55,765 bases of DNA from Gonapodya sp. JEL0774 (taxonomy: Eukaryota): the NCBI GenBank assembly GCA_027604505.1, contig JADIIX010000067.1:62001-117765 (forward strand). Direction: 5' to 3'. Both the position numbers and the translations under genes were made by a program. The notes beneath the pieces are model-generated. The model searched no databases. It saw nothing but the letters and a program-made list of their open reading frames with translations, and was not told the origin of the DNA. Shown one piece after another: positions 25,038-37,339 of this stretch; within the stretch, counting starts at the first letter, position 1; every line of letters begins with the position of its first letter.

Positions 25038-28000
25038 GCGTCCCGCAGCATCGCTCCTCCCATTCCTTGGCCCATCCTGACTGCTTCCATCAAATCTTCC
25101 TGCTTCACATCCTCCATCCAATCCTCCAGCTCATCCGACATCAACCTTCTCCTCCGCCCATATCCCGATTATTCATTGATTTTCATTATTTGGCCTAATC
25201 CTCCTCTTCGCGCTGGCATTGCCTTGCGAGTTCTCACCGCGAGACTAGACGCCCAATTACGCTAATCCTGGGCGAACCAACCCGACTCTGGGGGCCTGGG
25301 AGAACCATCAGAACGAAGGAGGGCGACAGAGTTCGGACTCAAACGTCCTTCGTCATGTGCGAACTCTCCGACATCCTGCCCGTCAAGGGAGAGGCAAGCA
25401 CTTGCCTGGAATGCCAGAATGAGGTGAGACTGACGAAATCCTCCTAGATGCTCATCGCCAACTTACGCGGTTCGAGAATTGGCACAGTGGTTGGTTGCCG
25501 GAACGAGTTGGTGTTTCGAAAAGGAACAGAGGCATTTGGTTTGGAAGGGGAATTGCTATGGTCGCGGTGGACAAAGCGTCTTGTGGTTCCTCCCCTCAGT
25601 TGATTTCCCTTTTGTCAGCCATTTCGTATCAACATAAACGGGACGAATGCCAAGTAAACAGGACCGCAATGACCACGGTGACCGGGCCGATAAGTTAGTT
25701 GGACTTTTCTAATCGAGAAGTGCCTTCGGGACCTGGTTTGAATCTCACCTTTACAAAGGCTAGTGCCATAAAGACAGTTGCTTATCTGGCTTCTCCTTAC
25801 AGGACGTCATCTCTCGATGGATACTCTTTGATTTGTCCTGCTATCGGTGAAGGGTCGATCGCCGTGGGAAATCCGAAAGGCACTAGTACTCACCCCTATT
25901 CGCTCGAGCCGTCATCCCCCATTATACATTATTCCTCGCATCCTTCATTCTAGCTTCACAAAGATCAAACTCACGCCCAAGCAGTCTCGGTTGTCCTTCA
26001 TTGAAACGTCCCAGGCTCAGGTTTTCTGAGTTTACTCCCAAATCGATTCACACGCCGGGACCACAACAAAGCGTTCAAGCAAACGAATGGCGTCGGAAAC
26101 CTTTGCACTCACTTGTGAGTCGCTAAGGACGATCCGGGGAAAACATCTCTGGCCTGGCGAAGTAAATTTGCGGAGGATCGGGAGACCAGGAGTCCAGGAC
26201 GTCAAGGATCGATCTTCAACAGACGGCGTGTTTGCGTGCGAACTTTGTATGTCTACATATGACGAAAGCTTGAAATGTGATCTCACATATGGGTGTCAAC
26301 TGACTCGAGTCTCTCTTGTATTTGAAATAGAGATGGCGCGGGACGATCTCTCACTCTGCAGCCTCGACCTGTCAACCTGTGAGTTACGTATGAATCTTCT
26401 ACCTAAGAATGAAGTCCCTCGTGATTTCTCCCTCGTGATTTCTTAAACCAGCGATGGTGAGCTTTGGCGAACATATTTGGCCATAACAGAGTTGGCACCC
26501 CAACACCTGCTGTGTGCGTTATTGTCGGACAGATTTTTTGTTTCTCATTCAACTTGCTTGGCGAATGTTTCCACATCAATGACCCTCCGCTGCATTCCTT
26601 GACATACCTTATCTGGTTGTACGAGATTGCTGATCACTCTTGTTGCCCGCCTTCCCCTCCCAACAACCCCACAATCCTGCTTCGCTCTGCTGCGTCGTGC
26701 ACTTGTGCAACATGCAATTCTGGCTCATCCTATACATGGCAGAGAACAGTTCGTGGACAAGTTCCGGTGTATTCATTCCAACTCAGAAAGGAGCTGGAAA
26801 TGTTATCGTATTCATATAAGTCATAAATGGCAACGTTTGATGACTGACAGTTACATCATAACTAAACGCAATCCTATTCTTAGAAGCAACAACCCGTAAA
26901 GTTTTGAGGATCCAACCATACGCTTGATTTCATGCGAGCTTTCCGTCAGAATCTTCGACGTCAGCGCGAGATTTATTGCGGAAAATCGGGGTAAGCCTTT
27001 CGAACAGCATCAAGGACGTGGTTGGCGGCACAGTCGGGCACGTGCCACTCCTCCATTCAAAATGAGAACAGCAAATGAGAGGAATACTCCTCGCTCAGAA
27101 TAGGTTGTGTTGAACTGACCTTTTTAGTGAACTCCTGAGTTGGTCGGCGCAAGCTGCAAGAGAGCGTGGGTTGTTAATCCACAGTGCCTCACAATTGACG
27201 AGTATCATGGAAGAGCGTACCTCGCTTTAAAGCTCTGCATTTTTAACTCTTCCCCGCCAACTGATTTGATCGAAGACGCCACAACGGCCAGAAAAGCCTT
27301 ATGGACCTCTCCCGTATGCATTCGAATCTTAGCCGTGAAAGATCTCCAGGCGGGTGGCCCAATAGCTTGCGCGAAGAAGACTCTCCATGGGACAAATTCA
27401 AACATTTCCGATGGAGTCTGTTCCGAATGAAGAGGAGTGACCGAAGTACAACGAAGATTCAGAAATGACACCAACCTGGTCATTTCTTCCTATCATCGTC
27501 TCAGCGAGCAACTGGATAGAAGATGTGCCAGGGGCAAAACCGATTGGATTTTGGATTTCCGTGAGAGCTGCTGGCACGTGTTTAACAGTGCTACTTCTAA
27601 CGGGCATGGGCATGTCTTGCGTTCTGTCACAGCCAGCCTCTGCGACCTCACCCTGTGGGTTGAACATCACATTACTTGCAGCTGCAACCAAAACGATTTA
27701 TCAGTAAGTACAGCCTACCTCCTTGAGAGGCGCCGTGAATTTCCTTCTACGCGCGCCAGTCTTTCGTACGTGCGGACTCGCGCAGAGTTCCAGCTGGACG
27801 GGGAGCAAAGCCTGGTGGATTAGGATCACACACTAGCTTGTGTAATGGTCTAGATATCGGGGAATCACTCACTGTGTTCGAGGTTACATTGCTGACCTCA
27901 GCGGCTGCAGTGGTGGAAGGCTGCGGCATTGGAGGGCATTCACCTAACATCGCGCCTTGCACGGCGTATTTGGATGTAGGTTGAGGCAACACCCGCTTCT

Positions 28001-31000
28001 TGGAAAGCTGGCGCTTTTTCTTGTGCCCTTGGTTTTCGCTTGAAGTCCACTGTACAGGGAATCCGGGAGTGCTTCAAGAGAGTTGACAGAAGCCGGGCGT
28101 CCCGTTGCGCTACTTACTTCACTGTCCGAGTTCTCACAGGAATTTTTTGGAGAGTCTGAGAGCTCACTCTCAGAGATGGGGTAGTGAACGAAGGTCTCCG
28201 GATTTTTCTCCACAGAAACGGCGATGGGCTACAGCGAGACAGAAGGGACCATTGTGAAAGTGAACGGTATACAACTTCTCAGAAGCGGCGTCAACGTACA
28301 TCAATAGCCAAGGAATTCTTGCGCTTTTCAGGTTTATCCACAGCCCAAGGCCAGTGATTCACGAAATCGAGTGGCCCAGACCCTACGGGTATCATTGGCT
28401 TCTCCAGAATGCTCTGAAAGACAGTTCGGCACTTTGTGGCCTTGGGTTTGAAGAACAGTTCCGTGAGGGGAGGGCCTAACCTCTTCTTTGGGGGTAAATC
28501 AAAGGGGTGTTCTTTTTTGTGCGGCCCTGTGACATACGGGCTCTTCTTTTTCGTCGCTTTACTGCATTTGATTTTTGAACGACGCATTGTGGACACGACC
28601 TTGCAAGGCGATTAAGGTGGGGTTGACTCAAAAGATATTGAAAGTTCATATTTGGGAACGTGTCTTCGTCGAATTCCGTCTTCCAGACTCACCACGCTTC
28701 TTTCAAAAGTCCCTCTGGAAGCAAGAAGGTCAGTGGTAGAGAGTTGGTAGGCTAGCAAGAGTCGAGTGACAATAGTTGCTGAGGAAGAATGGTATTTGAA
28801 CACTATACGTGCGAAGAGAGCTGAGACGAATATGAGGCCGATTTTGATGTGATGATTTGTGGAACAAAATGTAGACATCAGTCATTGAAACGGGGTTGTG
28901 TGGACGGAAAGAGGGAACGGGGGTCATACTTGGGAGGGGATCACTCCTGCGCGCCCGTAAGACCTACGAGGGTGAGCTGCTCAAAACTTTCAAGATGGGG
29001 ACTCAGAGACAGTGCGCGATCAAGGAAAGTGAGTATAGATGGATATAGCTACCGAGAGGGTATCAAGAATTTAGCTTGGAGATGCCATGAGACGCCATGG
29101 CAGTGCCAGAATATTTCGTTGCCGACGACTTCTATCGATTCAAATTTACATTTTCTCGTCAAAAGATCAATTTTCAGGAAATCGAAAGATATGTCGATTT
29201 CCATAATCGAGCGCGTCTTCGTTGAGAAAACCTCCAGGGAAGATTTCATTTGGTTTCCATTGGAACAATCCGCACCTGAGCTCCCAGTGAAATAACAGCC
29301 AGATGGAAGGACAATCCAACGCTCCCAAGAACTTCATTTTCGAGCGATTGGCTTGTAATCCGTTAGACTAGACTGATTCCCGGAGTAGACGCAGAGAAAA
29401 TTGACTCACTGGTTCCGTCGGTTTGCATGTCCACTGTTCTTCTCATCACTTGGACACCAGAGAGCCACACCAGTGAAACATAATCCAATCGCACCTAGTA
29501 CTCCCACCAATCTAAATCATCGAAGTTGCGAGAAGCGGTCTGACCATATTGTTGTCCAGGCACAAGTCAAGTCCCGAATTCCATATTCCTCTATCGCTGG
29601 CAATTAGCCAATCATAGCTCCAAATAGGCGCGACCACAATACGATGAAGAGCCTCGACTCTTCGGGGGTTTCAACAACTGATGTTTGATGGTGGCCAGCG
29701 CATACGTCACCCTAGGTGGCGAATTGGGGTTCGAATAACACACTCGTCAGCTTTTCACACGGGGACACAAGGACCCTCAGGAAACAGGTATCTTGTTTTT
29801 GTAGCATCAGTAACCACGCTCGAGGCGTGCTTCACAACCCCAGCGCCAAAAGAATCTCTCCATTGTTTCCCCCAGTCCGGATCCGATTGAAAGCACGTAT
29901 GAGACCCTAAGCAAGGGCCACTACTCACCTCTGTTCTTGCAAGCATTCTATTTCTTTGAAGAGTTGAAGGCTCGTCTCGAACAGCAGTTCAGCAACAGTT
30001 CTTGATCAGTCGGAGGGAGAGATGGATCTTTGCGCACTCCGAGAGTCCAATCGGGTCAAGCTCCACCACACAGGTCAGTACTTATATCTGTATCATCCTA
30101 TAAAGCCTTCATATCATACGTTGTGCCAATTGTGAGAGAACAGGATGTAGTCGGAATGAAAGGTGCCCCGGAAGATGAAGCCGCTACAGACAATCCCGCC
30201 AACTTGACCCGGATACTGCAGACATGTTCACCAGCCTGTTATCGGCTTGCTATCAAAGCGAATTGGTCCTTTGTTTCCAACTCTTCCGAGACCGCCGACA
30301 AATAACAAAATAAATTGCACTTCGCAGGTGAACTTTGCACACAATCAATCAACAGAACATGCATTCGCCGCACCCTTTCTCGATAAGTCATCCATCGCAC
30401 GAAGAATCAGCTCGTGTCGAAGGACCTTTCTTCTCGGGGTGAGCTTGCGGAGGAAAAGCTATATTGCGGGAAGAATTATCAGGGTACTTATGGGACGACA
30501 CCACGAACGGAGCCCGCACTGAGAGGAAAAAATGGTAATTCAAATTAAAGAGACCACTTGGTAGCTTCAACAGCTTTCGAGATCGCTCTAAATAGCTCCA
30601 GACAACAATTTCTGTAAAATCTCTCAAGACCAATTTCTCGGCTGAGATTCATTCAATGCGTGAAAGAGAGATGGGGTGATGTAAGACGCCAATTGCATGC
30701 TCTCTCAAGCCCGAAAAGCCAAAGAGTGGATGTCAATATCTGCGTGCATTCATATTCGGTTCACCGTGAGTCACAGAATACTATGTCTCGCCTGGAATTA
30801 CAGCAGTTTAGTCTCAAACACGCTACCATTCCTCCTTGCGCACAGTCGTCATTCAAAATATCGATGTGCCTTTTCCTTGGTTTAAGCATGCCGGCTGAAC
30901 TTTATCCGATTTCTCCGAACCTCGATGTTGCGATGATTGCTACATAATCAAGGTCTCTGAATAATTGCATTCGCACGCCAACAGACGCTCACGTAATCCA

Positions 31001-31121
31001 TCATTGAAAAACTCTCCAAGTTTATATAACGCCGTGCACACTTCGAGCATTCGCAGAGTCATTCCAGCGGTACCTAAACTCCAATCGACTACATAAGACC
31101 TGAACACCTGAACGCTACAGA

Positions 31122-31982
31122 ATGGCCAACACAATTGTCGTCGCTGGTTTCGGCCCTGGCATCTCCAACTCCGTGGCTCGTCACTGGGGGAAACTCCGCC
31201 TCAACGTCGCCCTCGTGTCCAGGACGAAATCGCGAGTCGACGAAGGAGCGGCTGCGCTCGCCAAGGACGGCATCAACGCCAAAGGATTCGCGGCCGACCT
31301 CGCTGACTCGCAGGCCGTGAAGGATGTGTTGGCAGCTATCAAAGCTGCCTTTGCAGGATCGAAGATCGCGATTCTTCACTGGTGGGTGCTTTTACCTGTG
31401 CTCGATTTGAATTCGACCGTTCCCTATTTGTCCTGACCCAAGAATCACGTCTGAAATGCAGGAATGCCTACGGTGCACCCGCTGGTCTTCTTGAAGAGAA
31501 GGCTGTGAAGAACCTTACCGATGGCTTCGCAGTTTCGGTGACCAGTTTGGTTGTCGCTGTGCAAGCAATCGTGGACGATCTCGAAGCCACAAAGGGCGCG
31601 GTTTTAGTCACGGGCGGTGGATTTGGTGTGGGTGTTCTGTTGTTTCCTCAACCTTTACGCCGCAAGTTCTCGGCCTCACTCATGGCTTACCCTTGTTATC
31701 CTGGTGCAACCTCAGCTGGAGTCCGACCAAGTTGTGCAGTATGCCATTGCCTCCAACGCGTCAGTTCTGGCTGTGCACAAATCTGCCCAACGTAAGTTGG
31801 TCAACCTCCTCAACGGCACCCTGAAGCCCAAGGGGGTGTACGCTGGTGAGGTGACCGTCACTGGCATTGTCAAGGGAACAGCGTGGGATCGCGGAAATGC
31901 AAGTCTCAACCCAGACGACATTGCGGCCAAGTTTGGAGAGATCGAAGCGAAGAGGGACGTGGTGACGGTCATTTTTGGGTAG
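31122..31982 (+). CDS. Short-chain dehydrogenase/reductase, atypical bacterial-like subgroup (2 introns)
   Basis: MANTIVVAGFGPGISNSVARHWG (Rossmann motif), AADLAD, GAVLVTGGGFG, LKPKGVYAGEVTVTGIVKGTAWD. Introns at ~31382-31461 and ~31628-31714. Confidence 0.9.
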
Positions 31983-33202
31983 CGCAGATTGCGGAACGTT
32001 CTTTGAATGGCGTTTGGGTGTACGGTTCATCACATTTTATTAGCATAAGTTGTATCAAAGCATTTTCCTTTCAATTCTAAAGCACTTTGAACACTTAAAT
32101 TCACGTCATTGACTTCCCTAACTCAATCCTCGGGCGCATTATACTCTGTGAATCAAACGTACACAGTCGAACTCACTTCATTGGTTTCTCTGACTTAAGT
32201 GCAGTGAACAGGGAGGTCGGTTGGAAGCAGAGCTGAGAAGGCGAGGATCGTAATGAGATGGTACAGGAATCAGCAATACGAATCAATGTGCTTGAGGCGA
32301 TTGTTGCCTCCATGCGCACGAGGTCCACAGTCAACAGGGTCTTCAGATAAAGAAGCGGATGGATTTTCCGATTGCAAGCAAACGAACTAGAAGCAGAGCC
32401 CTTATGGCATGGGGAATTCTCGCGGAAATTTGAGAATAGCCGCTCGGCGGACCGAAATGATCAACATTCACTAGTATTTTATACATTGGTGTAGTTTAGA
32501 ATAAATCCTGTATCATATCATCGGGTTCCATGTCCGCAGGGAGCGTCCACATCGAGTGCGTGACCCGGATGAAGCAAGGACTGGTGCCGATCAAATGGTG
32601 AAGAGAAACAGACGAAGTGTTTCAGATGTGCAAGTTTCACTCACCGTTTACCTAGGCGAGTGTACTTCTCCCGGACAAGTGAGGAGTGGACAATTGGTAG
32701 GACGAATCGCATCAGCAGCGCGAGAATGGGCCAGAAATAGACGCCAACGACTCATGTTAAAACGCTTATATCAGTGCAAATGCGAAATGTAGCAGAGTAC
32801 GTGAAGAATGGGTACGCGCGCCTACCATCCTGTATTGATCCACACAAAGCAAAGAATTGGTCCGTCGCCTTGTTCCTAGAAAGGACCACGACATGATGTG
32901 CTAGAAGACAGAAAGCATGCTGTGTTGTTAGCGAAAGGTACTTGAGGAAGGGAAGACGCAAGGAACCGCACTCACCACAAAACAGTCCCCATTCGTAAGG
33001 ATCACATAAACGTACCAATCACCTGCTCAGATGTACAGTTCTGATGCAAAATTTCACGCGAGGCTTCTAAAGGCTTGCACGGGCGCCGTCTTGGTGATAT
33101 TTGATGCGACCAATCCAAGTTCATGAATGGCAGGGACTGTGGACATAGAAGACGACAACGAGGAGAAGCCCAAGCTACAAAGAGAGCAAGAAAGGAAGAT
33201 CC

Positions 33203-33830
33203 TGCTTTGGCGGAGAGCTTGTCGAAAATTCTGTGAACGTTTGCCGTCCAGGTCGGGAAAGACCCTGGACGTTGCCCGGGGACCACCACGAGGAGGTGTT
33301 CTACCAGAAGACGTAGGGAATAGAGCGTTGTTGAAAATTTGAGAACTCTAGAGAACGATGAGGGAAATCCGAAACAGAGCAAGAACCTCACCAAATACAG
33401 TCCCCATATGAAAGCGTCACCAGTCTGCGAACGGAGATGCAGTCCCAAGGTGACAGTTCGAGGCCAGGAATCAAAGAGATAGCGGTCGTCGTCTTCTGTG
33501 AGGGTGCTTCTCCAATCCGATTCTAGTTGATGTCCGGGAACCACCCGCCTTTCATCCCTGCGCTCGAGCGAATAGCATCCTAGTTACAGGTGGGTACAAG
33601 CCACCACCTGGTTCCGAGGTTGCCACCACTAGCTCCACACGGTCACGTCCCGTTACTTGCTGGCCTAACGCCATACCGAAGAAGGAGCGCGAGCGTGCTT
33701 CACCGACCCGGATAAAGCAGGGACTGGCGCGAAGGAATCCTGGTAGCAAGGAAAGGCAGTTACAGTGAGAAACTGATTCGGCTATCGCGGGTCCCAAGGC
33801 AGCTCACATGGGCGGGGGTTTATGGTGAAG
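33203..33830 (+). repeat. ~625-bp dispersed direct repeat, copy 1 (copy 2 at 42029-42652)
   Basis: Both start TGCTTTGGCGGAGAGC and end ...GGTGAAG; roughly 85-90% identical by eye. Shorter related fragments at ~24813-24844 and ~32562-32588. Confidence 0.93.
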
Positions 33831-35540
33831 GAAAGCGAAACCCAGGCAGATTTGGGTTGATTGCTGTTTCTTATAGCGTGAACCTTGCACATTCCTGTGG
33901 TCAGATCCACCAGCAACTAACTTTGAAATTCCAGCCAGCTCTGCTCCGACAGCGAGCTCGCACTTCCAGCCGCTGGGCTTGCACGATGAGCAGTGACGGA
34001 CGAGGTTAAGAATGGCAGCGCCGGAAGTTGTGCTTTATGGACTTGGGAACACCAAGTTTGCGAATGGAAGCGACGTAGACACTTCAAATCTAACGTAGCG
34101 CAGTTGATATCACTACTACTCTTGATCGCACTGGCGTTTAGGAATTCGGTTAGTTTGTGGGCTGAATTGTAGTGAGTGACCACTGTGCCTGCAAACCCTT
34201 CATGGATAGAAACAACTGCAACAGGTGCTGATTGGTGCAACATCGTGGGAGGTCCTCTTTGTGTTTGCTGTAAGATGCGAATTACATCCATGTATTTTTG
34301 CAAGGAGTGTGATTTTGAGCGGCAGTTGGTGGAAAGTCTGAAGCGGTTCTTACCTGTCAGCGGGCAAATCTTTTAAAAGCTCCCATAACTCAGGTGGCAC
34401 TTTTTGCAATAGAACATGAGTGTTCGGACTTATACACATGCAAATGTGTTTTGATATCGAAGTGACGGCCTCAGTTTGTTACTTAGCCGAGTGGACGAAT
34501 TAGGACCCGCGGCCAACGGATCTTTGCTTCCCACCTTCAAAGCGATCTTTTCACCCACAGTCGTCACATGGACAAATCTCCAGCGCAAATGCCTTGAAAA
34601 ATTCTTGAACTGTCTTGGTCCTGGCCTACAAAGATCTGATGGGCCCATATCTGCCCGGTGTCAGATTCCAGCCTCCGAATCAAAACAACAAATGGCCACC
34701 TTTCGGATTTCCCAACGATTGCCTGCGTCAAGCTTGGCGTCCTATCAATAATTAACAACTCTGTGTTCCCAAAAGATGGGACACCCAATTCTCCTTGCTT
34801 CCTCGCCACAGCCGACAGACATGATATTCTGTCATGTCTTCATGTGTGTGAGCGTGAGTTCAATTGCTTTTCAATTAACTCATCAAAAACCCGTATTTCA
34901 AAGTTTGAGGTGTGATCTTCATGTAATCTTAGATGTTGCACTACTGCTGGTCCCAGTCACCCGCTGGTTCCCGCTGAAATTTCCCAGTAGTGGCCCACAC
35001 CAAGCTGCATCGATTCTGTCGCCTGCTATCCATCATAAATGGCCGAAAATCTCATACCTCTTCGCAGTCAAGTCGAGCCAGGGGGTTCTGGAGGCGTCGG
35101 TGACAGTGTGGAAATCAAAACCAAGGCCGAGCAATGGGAGTTGTTGGGAACCCTGAATCCAGTGAGCAATCAATGCTCGATACTTAACTACCGCATATTC
35201 TCATGCTGATCATGTCTGCTGTAGACTATGGGCGCTGGAGAAGTCGTGGGTGGACGTGCGCTGAAAGCGGACCGGAGAAACACCAGAGTGAGTGAACCTG
35301 GTCACATCCGGGGAAAATCCATCGAATCAACCCCCAATTTTCAATTATTTACAGGATCTCAAGAGGAAGCGGGTGCAGGGGACCGCGCCTGCGGTTGGAG
35401 GAGGCGTGGAGGACATGGCGAAGAACAAGGACACCGTAAGTGCTTTCACCTGTCGCGAATATTGACACCTGTATCTGTGTCTGACGGAAACTCTTTCACA
35501 TGTCAAGGAATTTGTGGACTCCACCTCGCTTCGCTGTAAC

Positions 35541-36260
35541 GCGGAAAAGCGCCAAAAGCTGGTCCAAAATGCGGGGACGGGAACCGGCCAGTCGCGTCCA
35601 CGCCAACCACAGAGGACGATGCAGAACCTGGTTGATTTCACTCCTAAAATACCTACAGAAGCAAAGGTGAGAGCTACATGGCAATATATCACCAGCATGT
35701 CATTCTGCGGTTCTAACCACTGCATGCGGGCAATCCCGCTGTTTTTGGTTTGCTGTTCCGTTACGCTTCCAATGGAAAGCTCGCCGCAACCAAAACACCG
35801 CCGAAGATTGATGACCCAACTGGAGTAAGTTCTCTTGGTGCAATGTAAACATCGTATCAGTGACGAAAGTGTCTGACTGAATCTCCTTCCCGTGTCAAGG
35901 AACCTGCGGACCCCACATCGCTTCATCCCAACGTGGACAAGCGCCAAACGCAGGGTAACCATCAGGGGACGGGAAATGTCCGATCGCTTCCACGCCAACT
36001 GCGGACGACGATGCAATCCCCGGTTGGTATCACTTCTAAATTAGCAACAAAAGCGCAGGTGAGAGCGACATGGCATTACATCACCACGTATCATTCTGCC
36101 CTTCTAACCACTGCATTCGTTCAATATCGCTTTTTTGGTTTGCTGTTCTGATACGCTTCCAATGGACAGCTCGGCACGGCCCCAATACAGCTGAACGTTG
36201 ATCGCAGCACTAGAGTAAGTTCTCTCGGTATTATGTGTGCATCGTATCAGCGATGAATGT
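35541..36260 (+). repeat. Diverged tandem duplication of a ~390-bp exon/intron module (35541-35870 and 35933-36260)
   Basis: Colinear shared blocks AAGCGCCAAA, GGGGACGGGAA, TCCACGCCAAC, AGGTGAGAGC-ACATGGCA, TCTAACCACTGCAT, TTTTTGGTTTGCTGTTC, ACGCTTCCAATGGA, GAGTAAGTTCTCT, CATCGTATCAG. Confidence 0.85.
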
Positions 36261-37339
36261 TAACAACTTGGCTCGTGAATCAGATACAGAAGTTGCAGCA
36301 ACCTCATGCCACACCGTCTGAGTGTGAGGTGTTCGTCGCACAACGAGGTGCAATGCGGGGAATCGAGAGAGCAGCTGAAGAGCCTTCGGGCTGCAACAAC
36401 ACCGTATGTCGTATTCTGTACCGCGCTTTCACCATCTGTATAAGCGAATTCCAAACTGACTGATTGACAAATGAATATCTTCACGCGGGATGCTCCTCTC
36501 ACCAAACGCTTATTTCTGTGGACAGCGAACTGTTCCGATTGCAACGAATGGACCTTTCCAGTTCGGTGTCAACAATCTGGACAAGGCAGTCGAAGCCGCT
36601 TCAAATACCAATTTTATGGAGACGTCGGATACAAAGGTGGGTTATTGGCCCTTTGCCACAATCGACTGAAGTGAATTGGATTCTCATATTATCCTTTCTA
36701 TCCCAGCTTCTCACAACAACTCAATGCCAGCTGAATGAGAAACTACGTGAACCTAGCTTGCGTCAGTGTGAGCTCCACATGGTGCCCACTGCAATGTTGG
36801 CTGAAGTCCCACGAGTGGCAAAGCTTCGAATAAAAGGCCCAGCCATGCCGATAAAGATTAGGATCAAAGGCCCCGTCGTGTCACTCAACGAAGAGAAAAT
36901 CAAAGCGCCAGGATTCCCGTTCATGGATGGCACCAAGGTAAGCGTGGTTCGGCTTTATTGCGATCAATCGCATCTGGTGTTGGTGATTCCTGACACCCGG
37001 TTGATGTTCCCCATTGTTGTACTGCCTTCGCGTCACCGCTACCACTCCACTTAAAAGCAGGCTTCCGCCAATCCCAGATCACTTCATCAGACCGTACTGG
37101 AAACGGGGTCACTCTGCGTTGCCGAAGCCCCACAGCAGCTCGCTTTTGAAAACCAGGTGTCCTTATCCAGTGCACCATCCCCAGCAAAAGATGTGGTCCT
37201 TGGAGGCAAGCAAAAATTGACTTTCGTTGATGAGGTGAGAGAATCACTGGTCTTTGGCGAAGTGCTAGCAATTGCTTCACCAGAAACATGTCCGTCTGAT
37301 TATGGTGGGGGCGGTTGTTGTGGATCAGGTCAATTTCCT

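Noticed and set aside
28600..30030. Possible F-box/LRR-like relic on the - strand (WLIASDRGIWNSGLDL, LESFEQLTLVG)
   Set aside because: Similarity is too weak and fragmented to support a call without a profile search.
33040..33125. RLLKACTGAVLVIFDATNPSS resembling a small-GTPase/Roc strand
   Set aside because: No P-loop, DxxG or NKxD motif nearby, and the fragment is bounded by stops.
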